A stretch of 63,723 nt of DNA, counting the filler, from Lenisia limosa (Eukaryota > Protista > Breviatea), in NCBI GenBank assembly GCA_001655205.1. It is 9 parts of 9 records of this genome, joined end to end, with 100 filler letters (N's around TTAATTAATTAA, not from the genome) between each part and the next. Parts side by side here need not be neighbours in the genome. Positions count along the whole stretch, not along the records: positions 3,757 to 19,263 come from LPNZ01010394.1; positions 19,364 to 30,100 come from LPNZ01009113.1; 7 more parts are not named here. One strand, 5' to 3'. The notes beneath the pieces are model-generated. The model saw only the letters and a program-made list of their open reading frames with translations, did no database searches and had not been told where the DNA came from. Numbering within the stretch: the stretch's first letter is position 1; each line of letters opens with the position of its first letter. Below, piece by piece: positions 10,619 to 23,100 of this stretch. The position numbers were made by a program, and so were the translations under genes.

Positions 10619-13600
10619 TTATTTGACAGTTGAAAAGGCGGACTTGTAAGCATCAACAGCAGGCTGGTCGAACAACACAAAATAGACATCCTGGGTGTGA
10701 AACTGGGAAAAGGGTAATACTAAATAGAAGAGGCTCTTTTAAAAAAACCACTCACTTTAAGAGAAGTGGCCATTGAAGCATAGAAGAACTCTTCAATTCC
10801 CTTCACGATCGCCTTCGCTGCTGGCTCCAGTGGGAATCTAGATTGTGACATGGAACGAGTGAAGGGAAAAACAAGGAATCTTACCCATTCATTCCGGTTC
10901 CAATAGCTGGGAAGGCAATTGAGCTCAGGTCATCATTTTCAGCAACAGCAAGGGCATTCTGAGAGTAAAAAAATACGCAGATATAGGCTCTCAACCTCCT
11001 ACACACCTTGACAGTTGTAGTGAGGTTGCCAAGGCTGTCAGTGTTTTGTCTATACTGGGGGCTGTGTACGTGGATTATCTTTTTACAAGGCAGAGAGTGT
11101 CCTAAATAAATAATTATCCAGTTTCATAATTCAAAATGTATTGTTGAAAGGACAACTCGTTAAGAAAAGGGGTTTTTAATCCTACCAGCAGTTGAAATAG
11201 CCCTTGTTTCATCCAAGCCATTGGGGTTGTTTTTGTTCCACTCATCAGTGTCTGATCTCAAATCGCTTCCAACAGCACTACTTAATGCCTGGCCTAACCC
11301 ATAAGTACCTAGTAATACGGCTAGTTGAACCTACCGACACGGCCTCCAAGATAGAGTCCCTTGTTGGTTGGGTGGATGATGGCATCAACATCAAGAGTAG
11401 TAATGTCTCTGTTGGGTTAGAAGAATGGTCATGTTTTGCTTCCATCATTCATATTCCTCTTACTGCTTGACAATGTGAAGATTCTGACCCAAAAATAACT
11501 TCTTTGTAGCGACTTTCTCGATCTGAATGTGATCAACCCTGATTGAAGTGCAAAGTCATATTGAGTGTAATCCTACATCCGGTGCCTGTCCGCCATTGCC
11601 TCCGTCATCACTTTTGTTAAGGGAAGCAATCTAAAATATCAAACGAGGGGGCCTTGAAAAGGCTACCTTCCTGATACCAGTCGGCTTTGCAATGATCTTG
11701 ATGTTCTTTGCAATCGGACGCACAGCTGGCTTGGCCTTGGTTTTTGTTTGGGAAGCCTTTGCAATGACCTTTGTCTTTGGGGAAGGCTGCCTGATGGAAG
11801 TAGGGTTCGGCACAACACCTCCTTCACAGATAACTGTGGATCCCAAGAGCTACGTCGGGTTATTAATGACTCAGGACTACATACTTCATTAAATTCAATA
11901 TCTTTGCGGAAGGCAAGAAGGAGCTCGCGAGGCCTGATCCTCTTTCTTTTTGCTTCATGAGCCGCATTTCCTGCCTGCAATGTCAACATGTACATATATT
12001 ATATCATAATATATTTACAGTAAAAAAAACTGCGAAGGATACAACCTTGTTTTATTTCTCATCTCTCAAATATATCATATTATGTATGATATATGTATCA
12101 GATGCTCCTGCGCCAAAACCCCGTCATTTTTGGGATTTACCGTCACTTTTAAATAAATGGCGTCATAGACCTCAAAAATCCAATGTTTCACTATTCTAAC
12201 CAGCAGAGAGTAAAAATTAACCAAGTTTTTTAAAATAAAATAAATCAAAAAAATTCTTCTGAGGTTTCGGAAGTTCAGTTAACCCCCTTTTCATGAAGTT
12301 TTTTTATTTTTACTTCCCGCTTTTTAAGCTTACCAAAGTTGATTTTTTTATTACATTTTTTTACAAAATCAAGAAGAAGACATCCAAATCAGTTGTTTGC
12401 CACCTTTTTTGTGAATAACAAAATGACATCTAGGTCCTTGGGTTTTTGTTACAAAGTTGGCATATTTGGTCCTGAAACATGATTAGTAAAAGTTTGAGTA
12501 ATATAGGCAGGCCTATTTGGGAAATGAACGGGGGTCTGAATTTGTTTGTTTTCAAATGTATTTCGTCTATTTATATGTTCTGAATAACAATAGACTCAGA
12601 GTTTCCAATTCAACGATCTCATTTTTACAGGTTTGAGAGTAATTTAGCCGAAAAAGCGTTATATTGAAGTTTGGGTGTATTTATATGGACATGGGGCAAT
12701 AATGGTCCTTTCTCCACTCTATTTGGCATAAGAGACTTTTAATTCATGTTTTACAACTTTTTTCAACCAAATTATTCAATGGGTTGTTCTTATAATTTCG
12801 CCGAAAAAGAGAAAATGTTATATTTCTGAAGAATGTTGACCCATATCCACTAGTGATATGATCAGATGACCAACTTACGAGTCGAAATGATAACGGAGAT
12901 ATCACAAAGGTTCATCCCGAGTGTATCAGAGTATCATTGGGACTTGTCGGTCAATTATCACACAAGTGGATATGAGGTATCATACCACTGCGTAGAAAAT
13001 GTTAGTGCACACATATGAAAATGACCCAAAAGATAGTTTCCAACAATATGTAAAATCACTATAATCGATATATCATACGATATGTATAATATATATCACA
13101 CCGTCCAGAAATATGTCAAATTTTAGATATAATATGTGAAATTTGGCCAGTTTTTCGTCACTTTGAAACAATTGGGGGAAAAAAGAAAGTGATAGTGTGA
13201 GTTCTGCATCTGAGAGTCCAAGTGAACGTACTTGCCCCCCCCCCCATTGGTATGTTTCACTTATCGTTCAAATAATTTAGCTATAAGAAGAAGAATGGAG
13301 TGGCAGTACGTAAAAGTGATTTCGTACGTAGTTTTTGATTTTGAAGGATAATACTAGGGCCGCTTGCAGTTGTCCAGTGTAACGAACAAAATCAAAAAGA
13401 CTTCATTCAAAATGTTCGGTCAAACAGATTTGGTCCATATTAGTCCTCATAACATAAAATAAAGAGTGGAATGCGGCATCTAAAAAAAGTCAAAACCCCC
13501 CAACCAAATCGAGCAACTCTCCAACTAAGTATTCCAAGGCGGCTGCCATTGCAATCCCAGCTTTCTGGTGGGTCAGTCAATTTTATCTAGTGCAGCTTAG

Positions 13601-13909
13601 AAGAAACTCCGAGACGTACCTTTCCGACACGAGATTTGATGTTCAGACTCTTCAGCTTCTTTTGGAATCTGTAGGTTAGAAGATATGTTTTAGGTTCGAG
13701 AACATCAGAAGAAAAGAAGAAAACGGGGAGAAAGTACAACATGAATGGATCTGATCTTTTGATGGTGAGATCCTCATAATCTCTGCCACAGCTGTGTCAC
13801 GGGGCTTATGGAGAGCAAGACTCAGCCCAGACCTGTGTGGAGGAAACGTTAAGCCAGCTGCTTGTGCGGTCGTTTGCCTGGCTTTCTTCGGGCTGCGTGA
13901 TCCAACCAT
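10619..13909 (-). CDS. macroH2A: macroH2A histone variant (H2A fold + basic linker + macrodomain), macroH2A1.1-like
   Basis: Spliced: MVGSRSPKKARQTTAQAAGLTFPPHR|FQKKLKSLNIKSRVGK|KAGIAMAAALEYLVGELLDL|AGNAAHEAKRKRIRPRELLLAFRKDIEFNE|LLGSTVICEGGVVPN-[K/P/A-rich linker]-IEKVATKKLFLGQNLHIVKQ|DITTLDVDAIIHPTNKGLYLGGRV|GQAL...|GHSLPCKKIIHVHSP...TTVK|NALAVAENDDLSSIAFPAIGTGMNG|FPLEPAAKAIVKGIEEFFYASMATSLK|DVYFVLFDQPAVDAYKSAFSTVK*. All junctions are GT-AG and in phase. Confidence 0.93.
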
Positions 13910-14302
13910 TTTATTTGGTAGGGAAATGAGACAGAGAAGAGAGAAACAGAGAAAAGAAAACAGAAAGTGGCAAAGAGGGGGCGGCCCGGGGGTTGGTAGT
14001 TGACTCGCTCCCGATCAGAAATCGGTTCGGAAAGGGATGGATATGTTTTTACTACTAATATCCACAGTTCAAGAGTTTGACAAGAGTATCTATAACGCTG
14101 ATAACACGTATTATATAATTATATAAAGCTATAATAAAGCTATAAAGAGTGGGAGAGTCGAACGAAAGTCCTTTTTTGGGACCTGCTGAAACTAGGAGAA
14201 AAGATTTTGTGCAACATTGTAAAAACCCAATAATGTAATTCATACAAAACCCTTAGATTCACAAAAACACCGAAACACCCTAGAATACACCTTTACTCCG
14301 CC

Positions 14303-17300
14303 CTAGATCTCAAAGAAGAACGAAGGATGCTCAATGATCAACTGCAGGGCTGATGACTGCACGGACATGTCCATCATACTATATCATTAGATTACTCTGT
14401 GCTCACAGCATTCAAAGAATACAATAAAGAGACTTACCTGTCAAACGTTTCCTCTGCAGCTCTCACGCATGTTGGTCCGAAAACTAGCGCCAAATTTGAC
14501 GACCCCATCCTGAGAGGGTTAGCCTTACCTACACATCCAATCAAGATCCATCCTCACTTATTGACGCTCTCATATTTGCTGATCTCATTGAGGTAGAAGA
14601 AAAGCATTTTCGCAGTCTCAAAGTTGTTCTACATAGATAAGACGACAGCACAATGTACAAACGGACCTCAGGAAGTAGCTTGATAACTGACAGAAGGTTG
14701 TTGTATCTCTCGTCGCTAGTCTGTGCCGTTTCTGGAGGGGGGAGGGGTGAGCTGTCCCATCAATCAACTCAAAAAAAAANNNNNNNNNNNNNNNNNNNNN
14801 NNNNNNNNNNNNNNNNNNNNNNNNNNNNNNNNNNNNNNNNNNNNNNNNNNNNNNNNNNNNNNNNNNNNNNNNNNNNNNNNNNNNNNNNNNNNNNNNNNNN
14901 NNNNNNNNNNNNNNNNNNNNNNNNNNNNNNNNNNNNNNNNNNNNNNNNNNNNNNNNNNNNNNNNNNNNNNNNNNNNNNCACGTGTTGTGTCAAAGGCCTT
15001 CTTGAGATTGTTAATGGAGCTGACATTACCAGATAAACGGAACAATCCCTCAACGTTTTCAGCACCTGCAGTGTATAAGTAAGATGAAGCAGCAGTGTGC
15101 TCATCAATGGGAGAGCAAATTCAATACAACTGTCCCCATACCTTGCTCTCTCAGGAGACGAATAGTTTCTTCCAGGAGCCTGCGAAAGTGAAATATCAGT
15201 CAAACAGCATTTGAAAGCCACACACGTTGGCCAAGGGGGTACCAGGCATACCGGGGTACTCGAGGGTTGGAACCTGGGTGTGTGCGGATAGCAGCCTGAA
15301 TGGTGTTGCCGAAGATTTTGGTGGGCTCTAGACAACATAAGTTTGAACCTGAGGAAATGGTCGAAAATCGACATACCCCCCACGTTTGATTCCAACAGTC
15401 AAGAGTTGGGAAGCATTGAGGAGGGTTCCCTTCTTCATTTTGGTGGTCTGCAGGGAGGGGTAAGGTAAGAAGAATTAATATCCGATTATATCGAGCCTGA
15501 TTCCTACAAGGGGCTTCTTTGTTGCGGCAGTGAGAGACTTCACCCAAATGACAAGCTCAGCCTGCCGAGTAAGAAAAAACAACACTATATTTCCGGCTGG
15601 AACGCACCTGGGACATGACGGAGAGCAGGTGCGGCTTGCCTCCCTTCTCTTGAACTCGGAAGACAAATGGCCGTCTGGCCCAGATTAGGGGTAGTGGTTT
15701 TAATACAAAAACATGTACTAGCAAAATTTTAACCAAAATAGAACGATTATAAATTAAAAGTAAACATGGGAGACCCACCCACCCGGTGCTTGTAGAGGAT
15801 GCAACGTCAATCTTGCCTCCTGACAGGTAATAGCTGAACCTTGCTTTTGATCCCTGGATATGATGAGATGAGTGTTATGACATTTGAAATTTTGTATCAC
15901 GAAATCTTTTATTTTAGATCTGATAGTAGTTGAGCTCCACAATATGGCGGATGCCATAGTGACGCTTGAGCCTACCTTGGCGTGGAAGTCCTTGAAGCCG
16001 CTGAGGATACCATCGGCTAGAATGCAGTACCGTGTTGTCCAGTCCTGTACGGTCAGGGTTAGAAACACATTTTTCAAATACATACTTTGCTGCCGGAGTC
16101 ACACATCATGAAGCCTCTGTGAACATCTCTTACATCAGGGTCAGTCTAAAATGAGTCAGTGACCACAGACATAAAATGNNNNNNNNNNNNNNNNNNNNNN
16201 NNNNNNNNNNNNNNNNNNNNNNNNNNNNNNNNNNNNNNNNNNNNNNNNNNNNNNNNNNNNNNNNNNNNNNNNNNNNNNNNNNNNNNNNNNNNNNNNNNNN
16301 NNNNNNNNNNNNNNNNNNNNNNNNNNNNNNNNNNNNNNNNNNNNNNNNNNNNNNAAGAAAGTTTGTCTCTTACGAGTTGTTGCTGTGGAACAACTGGCTC
16401 AGCAGCTTGAGGCTGGGGCTGGGGTTGAGGAGTCTATAATGGTTAAACCCAGAGCACAATGGAAGACTGAGCAGTCGGAGAACGCAAAGCAATGTCAAAC
16501 CTGTTCGGGCTGAGTGGTGGCGACAGCGGTGGAGGCGGCACCAGCAGCAGCGGCACCAGCAGCTGCACCACGGCCTCTTCCACGCCCACGGCCTGGGGGG
16601 GGGGGNNNNNNNNNNNNNNNNNNNNNNNNNNNNNNNNNNNNNNNNNNNNNNNNNNNNNNNNNNNNNNNNNNNNNNNNNNNNNNNNNNNNNNNNNNNNNNN
16701 NNNNNNNNNNNNNNNNNNNNNNNNNNNNNNNNNNNNNNNNNNNNNNNNNNNNNNNNNNNNNNNNNNNNNNNNNNNNNNNNNNNNNNNNNNNNNNNNNNNN
16801 NNNNNNNNNNNNNNNNNNNNNNNNNNNNNNNNNNNNNNNNTTAGAATAATGGCATCTACCCTCCAAATATACAACCTATGAGCAATACCAAGAAGAGTGT
16901 CAGATAATTCATGTGAGTGGAAAGGGAGTACCAGATAAAAGAAACGGATATTCGGGAAGGAAATCGGAAAAGGCTCTTGGAATAAGCAGCCAACCTCGTC
17001 CTCTGCCTCGGCCCCTTCCGCGACCGCGAGGGCCAGCGGGTCCGGCTGCTGGCTGGGAGTCAGGCAGGGTATCAGCCTGAACCAGTTCGGGCTTAGACTC
17101 AACAAGGCTGGGCTGTGACTCCGCCTTAGTCATCTCACANNNNNNNNNNNNNNNNNNNNNNNNNNNNNNNNNNNNNNNNNNNNNNNNNNNNNNNNNNNNN
17201 NNNNNNNNNNNNNNNNNNNNNNNNNNNNNNNNNNNNNNNNNNNNNNNNNNNNNNNNNNNNNNNNNNNGAGCGGCCTCTTCGGCAACAACAGCCTCAGTTT

Positions 17301-18629
17301 CACCCTGGTACGCTTCTTCAACTTGGGGAGCCTCGTTTTCCTCAACCATGCCGGCTTCTTCTTGTGCCTGCTCTACCTCAGGCTCTTCCTCTTGTTGCTC
17401 AGGCTCTAGTTCATCTTGCTGAGGTTCTTGTTCAGCTTCAGCTAAGGGCTCTTCTCCGTCATCTTCCACGCTACTCTGTCCGAGGGCTTCAAGCTCTGCA
17501 AGTGCATCATCTCTCTCATCGTTTTCAAGCGAAATCGGTTTTGTTTCCTGTGTCGTCAGGTTGATATTGAAAGTTGTACAAACATGGAGATTCTGTATGT
17601 TCCATCATGGCAGCATCAGCACCAACCTCAATTTCATAATGCTGGTCGGAGGCCGCAACAGGGTCAGAGTGGAATTCAGCATCAACTGGACTACTCTCCG
17701 CTTCTGGAAGGNNNNNNNNNNNNNNNNNNNNNNNNNNNNNNNNNNNNNNNNNNNNNNNNNNNNNNNNNNNNNNNNNNNNNNNNNNNNNNNNNNNNNNNNN
17801 NNNNNNNNNNNNNNNNNNNNNNNNNNNNNNNNNNNNNNNNNNNNNNNCCAACCTCCATCCCCTTCAAGACTCGACATAGAAGCTGAATGTTCCTTGAATG
17901 GTGACACATTTGTGATAAAAAAAAAGAGTCTATTATCTATCTGGAATATATATCCTTTTAAACCAAGCTCCCATTGGTACAAATGAGAAGGCGGAGGTTT
18001 GTGTTTGAAAATCATCTACACAACAGCAAGCTTGTCCAAATGTTCTTCAAACACAACCACCTCCAGCAATTAAAGGTCAAAACACATAGTGAAATTAAGT
18101 GCCAGGCTCAATCATAATCATATAAAAACTGGAGAAATATCGGAACATTATTCAGTTGATAATCAAAACCCACATCAGAGATTCCTTGAAGGCCTTCTTC
18201 CATTTCTTCCGCGGTCAAAGTGGCAACAATCTAAAATTGGTCAGAGGAAATGGGCGTTAGAGTGGATGAACGCCTTCTAGCCTTCCTTTAAACTAGTTTT
18301 TCAGCTTACATCTTCAACGACAACATCTAAAGAAAGTTAGAAGAGTCCAAAAAAGATAAAAAAAAAAAAAAAGGGANNNNNNNNNNNNNNNNNNNNNNNN
18401 NNNNNNNNNNNNNNNNNNNNNNNNNATCGTCCTTTTCTCCTTTCCACCATCCAGAGTCAAGAGCATCGCCTGAGGCCGGTTAAAGACTATTTCTCGGAGC
18501 ATCAAGAAATCATTTGAACGAACCGATTGCAGTGAACGTTTCTCCAGTCTCAAAAGCAAGCTGGTTTGGTTGAGAGGTCTCGTAACTAAAAGTTGAACGA
18601 ACTCTAGTTCGCTTGTCTTCAGAACCCAT
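14303..18629 (-). CDS. SH3 - acidic/Pro-Gly-Arg linker - PH - RhoGAP protein
   Basis: SH3: YETSQPNQLAFETGETF...DSGWWKGEKD. PH: DWTTRYCILADGILSGFK...ELVIWVKSL. RhoGAP: KIFGNTI, EGLFRLSGNVSSINNLKKAFD, MGSSNLALVFGPT, LQLIIEHPSFFFEI*. Several N gaps interrupt the linker. Confidence 0.85.
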
Positions 18630-18932
18630 CTTCAACAAACAAACTAACTATACTCGTTGCTATTAAGAATAGTTTACTTGATCGTTCTCAGTGTGTTCTT
18701 GTCCTTGCGATTACCTTGCGATGCTGATATTGGCAAAATTGGGAGAAATCAACCGGGGATCAGTGATCAGGTTCTCCTTTCAGCCATTGCCATTTACGCC
18801 TTTTATTTCAAAAAAACAACAACAAAAAAACAAGTAAAATTTGAATGAAAACCCTGCGAAAATCCCACTTTCACTAAAAATACATAAACCATAAGAAAGA
18901 AGTAGAAACAGCTCTGAAATCTTGCAAATAGT

Positions 18933-19263
18933 CTATTTGTGGGAATGTTGCGACAGCTTGTTGGACATGACAAATGAACGGAAGGAAAGGGAACGGGTTT
19001 TGTCGATAACCTGGGTGTGGTTAGAATAAGGGTCAGAGTTAGCAGTAACCGAAGCCTACTTGTTGGTATACTGAATCTTGGGGGGTTGTCATGACAACAC
19101 AGTTCTTGCTGGCATCAATCTTGCCATCCAAGCGTGCGTTGCTGCAGATTAGAGAAGCCCATAAATCAAGCACTGTACATCAAAAACCCAACAATATCCT
19201 ACCGAATAAGGTTGACGATCCATCTCTCGGCATCTTCCTCCTCCATCTCAAGCTTTTCAGCCA
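18933..19263 (-). CDS. eIF3e: Translation initiation factor 3 subunit E, 3' end
   Basis: AEKLEMEEEDAERWIVNLIR|NARLDGKIDASKNCVVM...YQQ|VIDKTRSLSFRSFVMSNKLSQHSHK* matches the eIF3e C-terminus. Truncated by the scaffold end. Confidence 0.92.
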
Positions 19264-19307
19264 NNNNNNNNNNNNNNNNNNNNNNNNNNNNNNNNNNNNN
19301 NNNNNNN

Positions 19308-19319
19308 TTAATTAATTAA
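19308..19319. other. Artificial scaffold-joining spacer
   Basis: TTAATTAATTAA between N runs. Confidence 0.97.
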
Positions 19320-19363
19320 NNNNNNNNNNNNNNNNNNNNNNNNNNNNNNNNNNNNNNNNNNNN

Positions 19364-19894
19364 AGAACCATGTTACCAACCTGAAGATTTAGGGAAAAAA
19401 AAAAAAAAAAAAGCCCAAAACCTGGGCCATAGTACAGAAATGACGCAACTTACAGAGGCCAAATTGGGTCCGTTCATGATAGAAATCCCTCCACCAGTCG
19501 CTCCAAACACGTTCCAACCCCTCGCTGCTTGTCTGTCAAATTCCCCAATTTGAGGATTCGAGAAGATTCGTCATGCATACCCATTCTCTACGACCATAGC
19601 CCCTCATAACCGCACTCCCAAAACTTCCCACCGCCCTAAACAGCCAACCTTGTCCTCCTTAACGGTGGCGCCAAGCTTGGCGGCAACCTCTCTCTGCCAA
19701 ACACGGATAGCCTCAGTGTGTCCTTAAATGTCAATGCAAGGGTTGCCGTTTTGTGACCTACCGGACTTGCGAGGGATCTCGTTCATGGCAACAAAGTAAG
19801 AATACCAGGCGGAGGGGCCGTGAGCGGCGACGAGCTCGTCATAGATCACCTTAGAGTGGTCGCATTTGAAGAGGGTGGTGGCGTCAAAAGTCAT
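19364..19894 (-). CDS. 5' part of a gene; N-terminus weakly resembles M20/PepD dipeptidases
   Basis: MTFDATTLFKCDHSKVIYDELVAAHGPSAWYSYFVAMNEIPRKS|GHTEAIRVWQREVAAKLGATVKEDK resembles PepD W..F..I..IPR.SGHE..I. The next exon does not continue the PepD pattern. Confidence 0.3.
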
Positions 19895-20199
19895 TTTTGC
19901 TACTAAAGGTTTAAACACCAGCGAGGTTAACGAGAAACAGTTTCTTGGTAAAGTTCGGAGTGAAGCAAAAATTGTAAGAAAAGCTTGACTTGGCCAAGTT
20001 GATATAACAAGTGTAAATACGTTAAGTCAGCAAACCTTAAAACAAAAAGTGGAGATTTTTTTGTAAAAATTTGATTAGTGAAGATTTACATTAGTTACAT
20101 TTTGATGCCAAAACCCTGCCCCCCCCCCTCTTGCGTTGTTTATAGAGAGAGGAGGTGGAGAGGAGGCAAGAGCGAAGAGAAACAGAGTTTTCTGACACC

Positions 20200-23100
20200 A
20201 TGAGCATTGCGTTCTATGATGACGGCAGCAGCGTTGTCAACCATGAAGTGGAGCCAGTGAGCCTGGTGAATCATGTTGTTTAAAGAAATTGGATTTGGAT
20301 GCGATGCCTCCACATAATTGATGAAACTCTGGGGCTGTTGGCATTGAATGAATTGATGTAATTCGATAACAATCCGCAGCAGCAGGAGGACGATGTGCTG
20401 CATGGCATGGCGTGGCCAGAGTATTTCGAGGTCAACAGAACAATTGAAGAGGTCAAAGCCCTTGGCGCGTCAAGGGTTTGCTTGTCACCCCCCACCCCCC
20501 ATGTCTAATACCACATCGCCAAATCTGCTATGTTACAAGTCACTTTTTGGTGTTTTATACATTTATCAGGTGTGTCTCTTCAATGGCGTATGTTTTAAAC
20601 CACGATGAAATAGCAAAATTTACCAACCCCCGACCATATATGACCCCTACAGTGCGCGTTGCAGCTCCCTGATACCCTTCTGCCCTTTGCTGTCCGTCTG
20701 ACGGAGAGGCTCTCACAAGCTGATCTCTCGTATGTGGATCCCGGCATTGAAGTTTTTTTTTAAAAAAAAATAGTTAACCTTTTTGTTCCAAACTGACCTC
20801 TAGGTGCTTTGTTGTTGGTGACAGCACGTATGGCCCATGTTGTGTTGATGAGGTGAGACATTTAATTATGCTACGAGAGACATGATATCTTCAACCAAAA
20901 ACCCCCTCTTTAAGTTTTTCTGGGTGCAGCAATGTCCCTTAACACTCCCCATAGGTCTCAGCCAAGCATTTTGACCCGGATGTGATTGTTCACTACGGTC
21001 CCGCATGCTTTTCGGCGTAGGGTGGTGTGACGTGTGAATGTGTTCTTTTGTGCAATTAGCTGTTATACTTCATATTATTAGACATATGGTATCCTTCATA
21101 GATATGATTGGTACACATAACTTTTGATCTCCAGGACCCTTGAAGTTCCTGTGATCTATGTATTCGGCCGGTTGAAGTGCGATATCAACGCAGTTGCTGC
21201 TCAGATTGCATCCTTAAAGTACCTGGGTTTATTGTTATTTTATATTGTTGGATTTGTTTTTTATTTCACTCGTGAGTGCCCGATCAGCTAAACGATACTA
21301 GAAGTGAATTATTAATATTCATTATAATTGTCAATTATTCCAGTTAATCTCACCACCCTTCCCCCAGGTCTGAAAACGGTATTGTGGTGTTGTCCGATCT
21401 TGATCTTGCATACGCCCTTCAGGAGGTAAAGAATTCTTTTGGAGGTTTGGCACGAAACAGTTTATGGGTTACCTGCAAAGAACTGTTTATTTCTTCATCT
21501 TTTTGTGATTTTCGAATTAGTTCTCTCACAAACTTTAGATGATTCCGGGGTATTTTGGTCAACCCTGACGTCTCAATCACAAGCCCAAGGTAGTGAACGG
21601 GTGCTTTCTCTGACCACCTATGATACAACTTTTTTTGTGTCATTTTACAATTTCATGTATAGTAGATATCATGTCATATTATAAATTATTTGTTTTGTCT
21701 AGCTTTGATTAATATGTTCAATGCGAATAGGGATGCTGATGGTGATTCTCAGGAAAATACCTGCATCCATTGTTAATTGGTATATTTTTTTTAGATTAGC
21801 TATTATCCTTCAGAAGGACATAATTCGGAGACTTTCCTCGGACGCCAAATATCCCTGCCGAGTGCTTTCGGCATTGCTTGCAGTCAAGGTACAGCAAGTC
21901 TTAGCTACATACATACATAATTATATACGTAGATCTGGCCTTTTTGGGACAGAGATAAAGATCTAACTGCGTTATTTACTCTCGGGGATAAAGGCCAATA
22001 GAGGGGGTGTTTATAGGTTGTGCAAAAGTAATCATTTGATTTGCGCATAGTACTATTACGTTCCGCTGTCCAAAAGGGGATATAAAATCCTGAATATTCT
22101 GGGGTTGCAGTAACCCCCCCCCCCCTAGGAGTGCGGTACCCTGGCTCCCTGACACCCGGGCTTAATGCTGATGCTGAAGACGTGGATGCGACTCCAACAG
22201 ACTTTATTTGGCTCGGAAAGCCGGATAGTTCGGCCTTAGCGTCATTCATCATGAACTACCCTCAAACTACAGTGGGAGTTGATAATTGATGTGGGTTTTT
22301 TTTTACTCTTTTAGTTTACAGTTGTATCTGCCGCTGGTGAAGTTGAACCGTTATCACTCTATGCTTCAAAAGTAGGCTGTTGTATTCAGTTGAACTAATG
22401 TGACAGTGACAGTATTTTTCTTTTTTATTGTTGTTCCATTTCTTTGTGAAGGCTAAGGAATATATGGTAATATATATCTTTTTCTTTAATAGTGTATGAT
22501 TTGTATGTAGGGATCACTCATTTTCCCCAAAAATCCTAATTTCAGAAACTTCATCGTACCTTTTTGGACCGATATTCGTGACATTCCAGGCCCTGATGCG
22601 ACGATACTATTTGGTGCAAAGAGCCCAAGACGCCAACTTAATTGGAATCCTTGTTGGCACAACGGCTCATTGTATGTGGGGGTCGAGAGCGTGCTTCCCT
22701 GCGGGCCTGAAAAAGAGAGTGAAAATGTCGATATTTATCACTTGAGATTTTATCTCAATAATATTCAGCATTCTGAGCCCAACTTAGCGGATAACTGTTC
22801 CAGCTGGCCTAATGAAAATGGTTCGAACGTTGAGAAAGAGAATTGAGGAGGCAGGGAAGAAGGCCTATGTCATCTCCATCGGACGGGTCAATGTTGCTAA
22901 GTTGGCTAACTTTGGCGAGATTGAGGTATTTGTGTCGCTGGCTTGTCCAATGGTTGGGGGGGGGGGGNNNNNNNNNNNNNNNNNNNNNNNNNNNNNNNNN
23001 NNNNNNNNNNNNNNNNNNNNNNNNNNNNNNNNNNNNNNTTTTTGAAATAATATATTTGTGGAGAGTGAAAAAGTTCTCACAGTCTGATAGAATTCCTTGG

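Noticed and set aside
12097-13212. TIR element bounded by CAGATGC/GCATCTG in the macroH2A intron
   Set aside because: Only 7 bp match and there is no TSD, which is expected by chance.
14780-17850. Long ORFs in the track that span X runs
   Set aside because: They are kept open only by N gaps and do not support protein length or frame.
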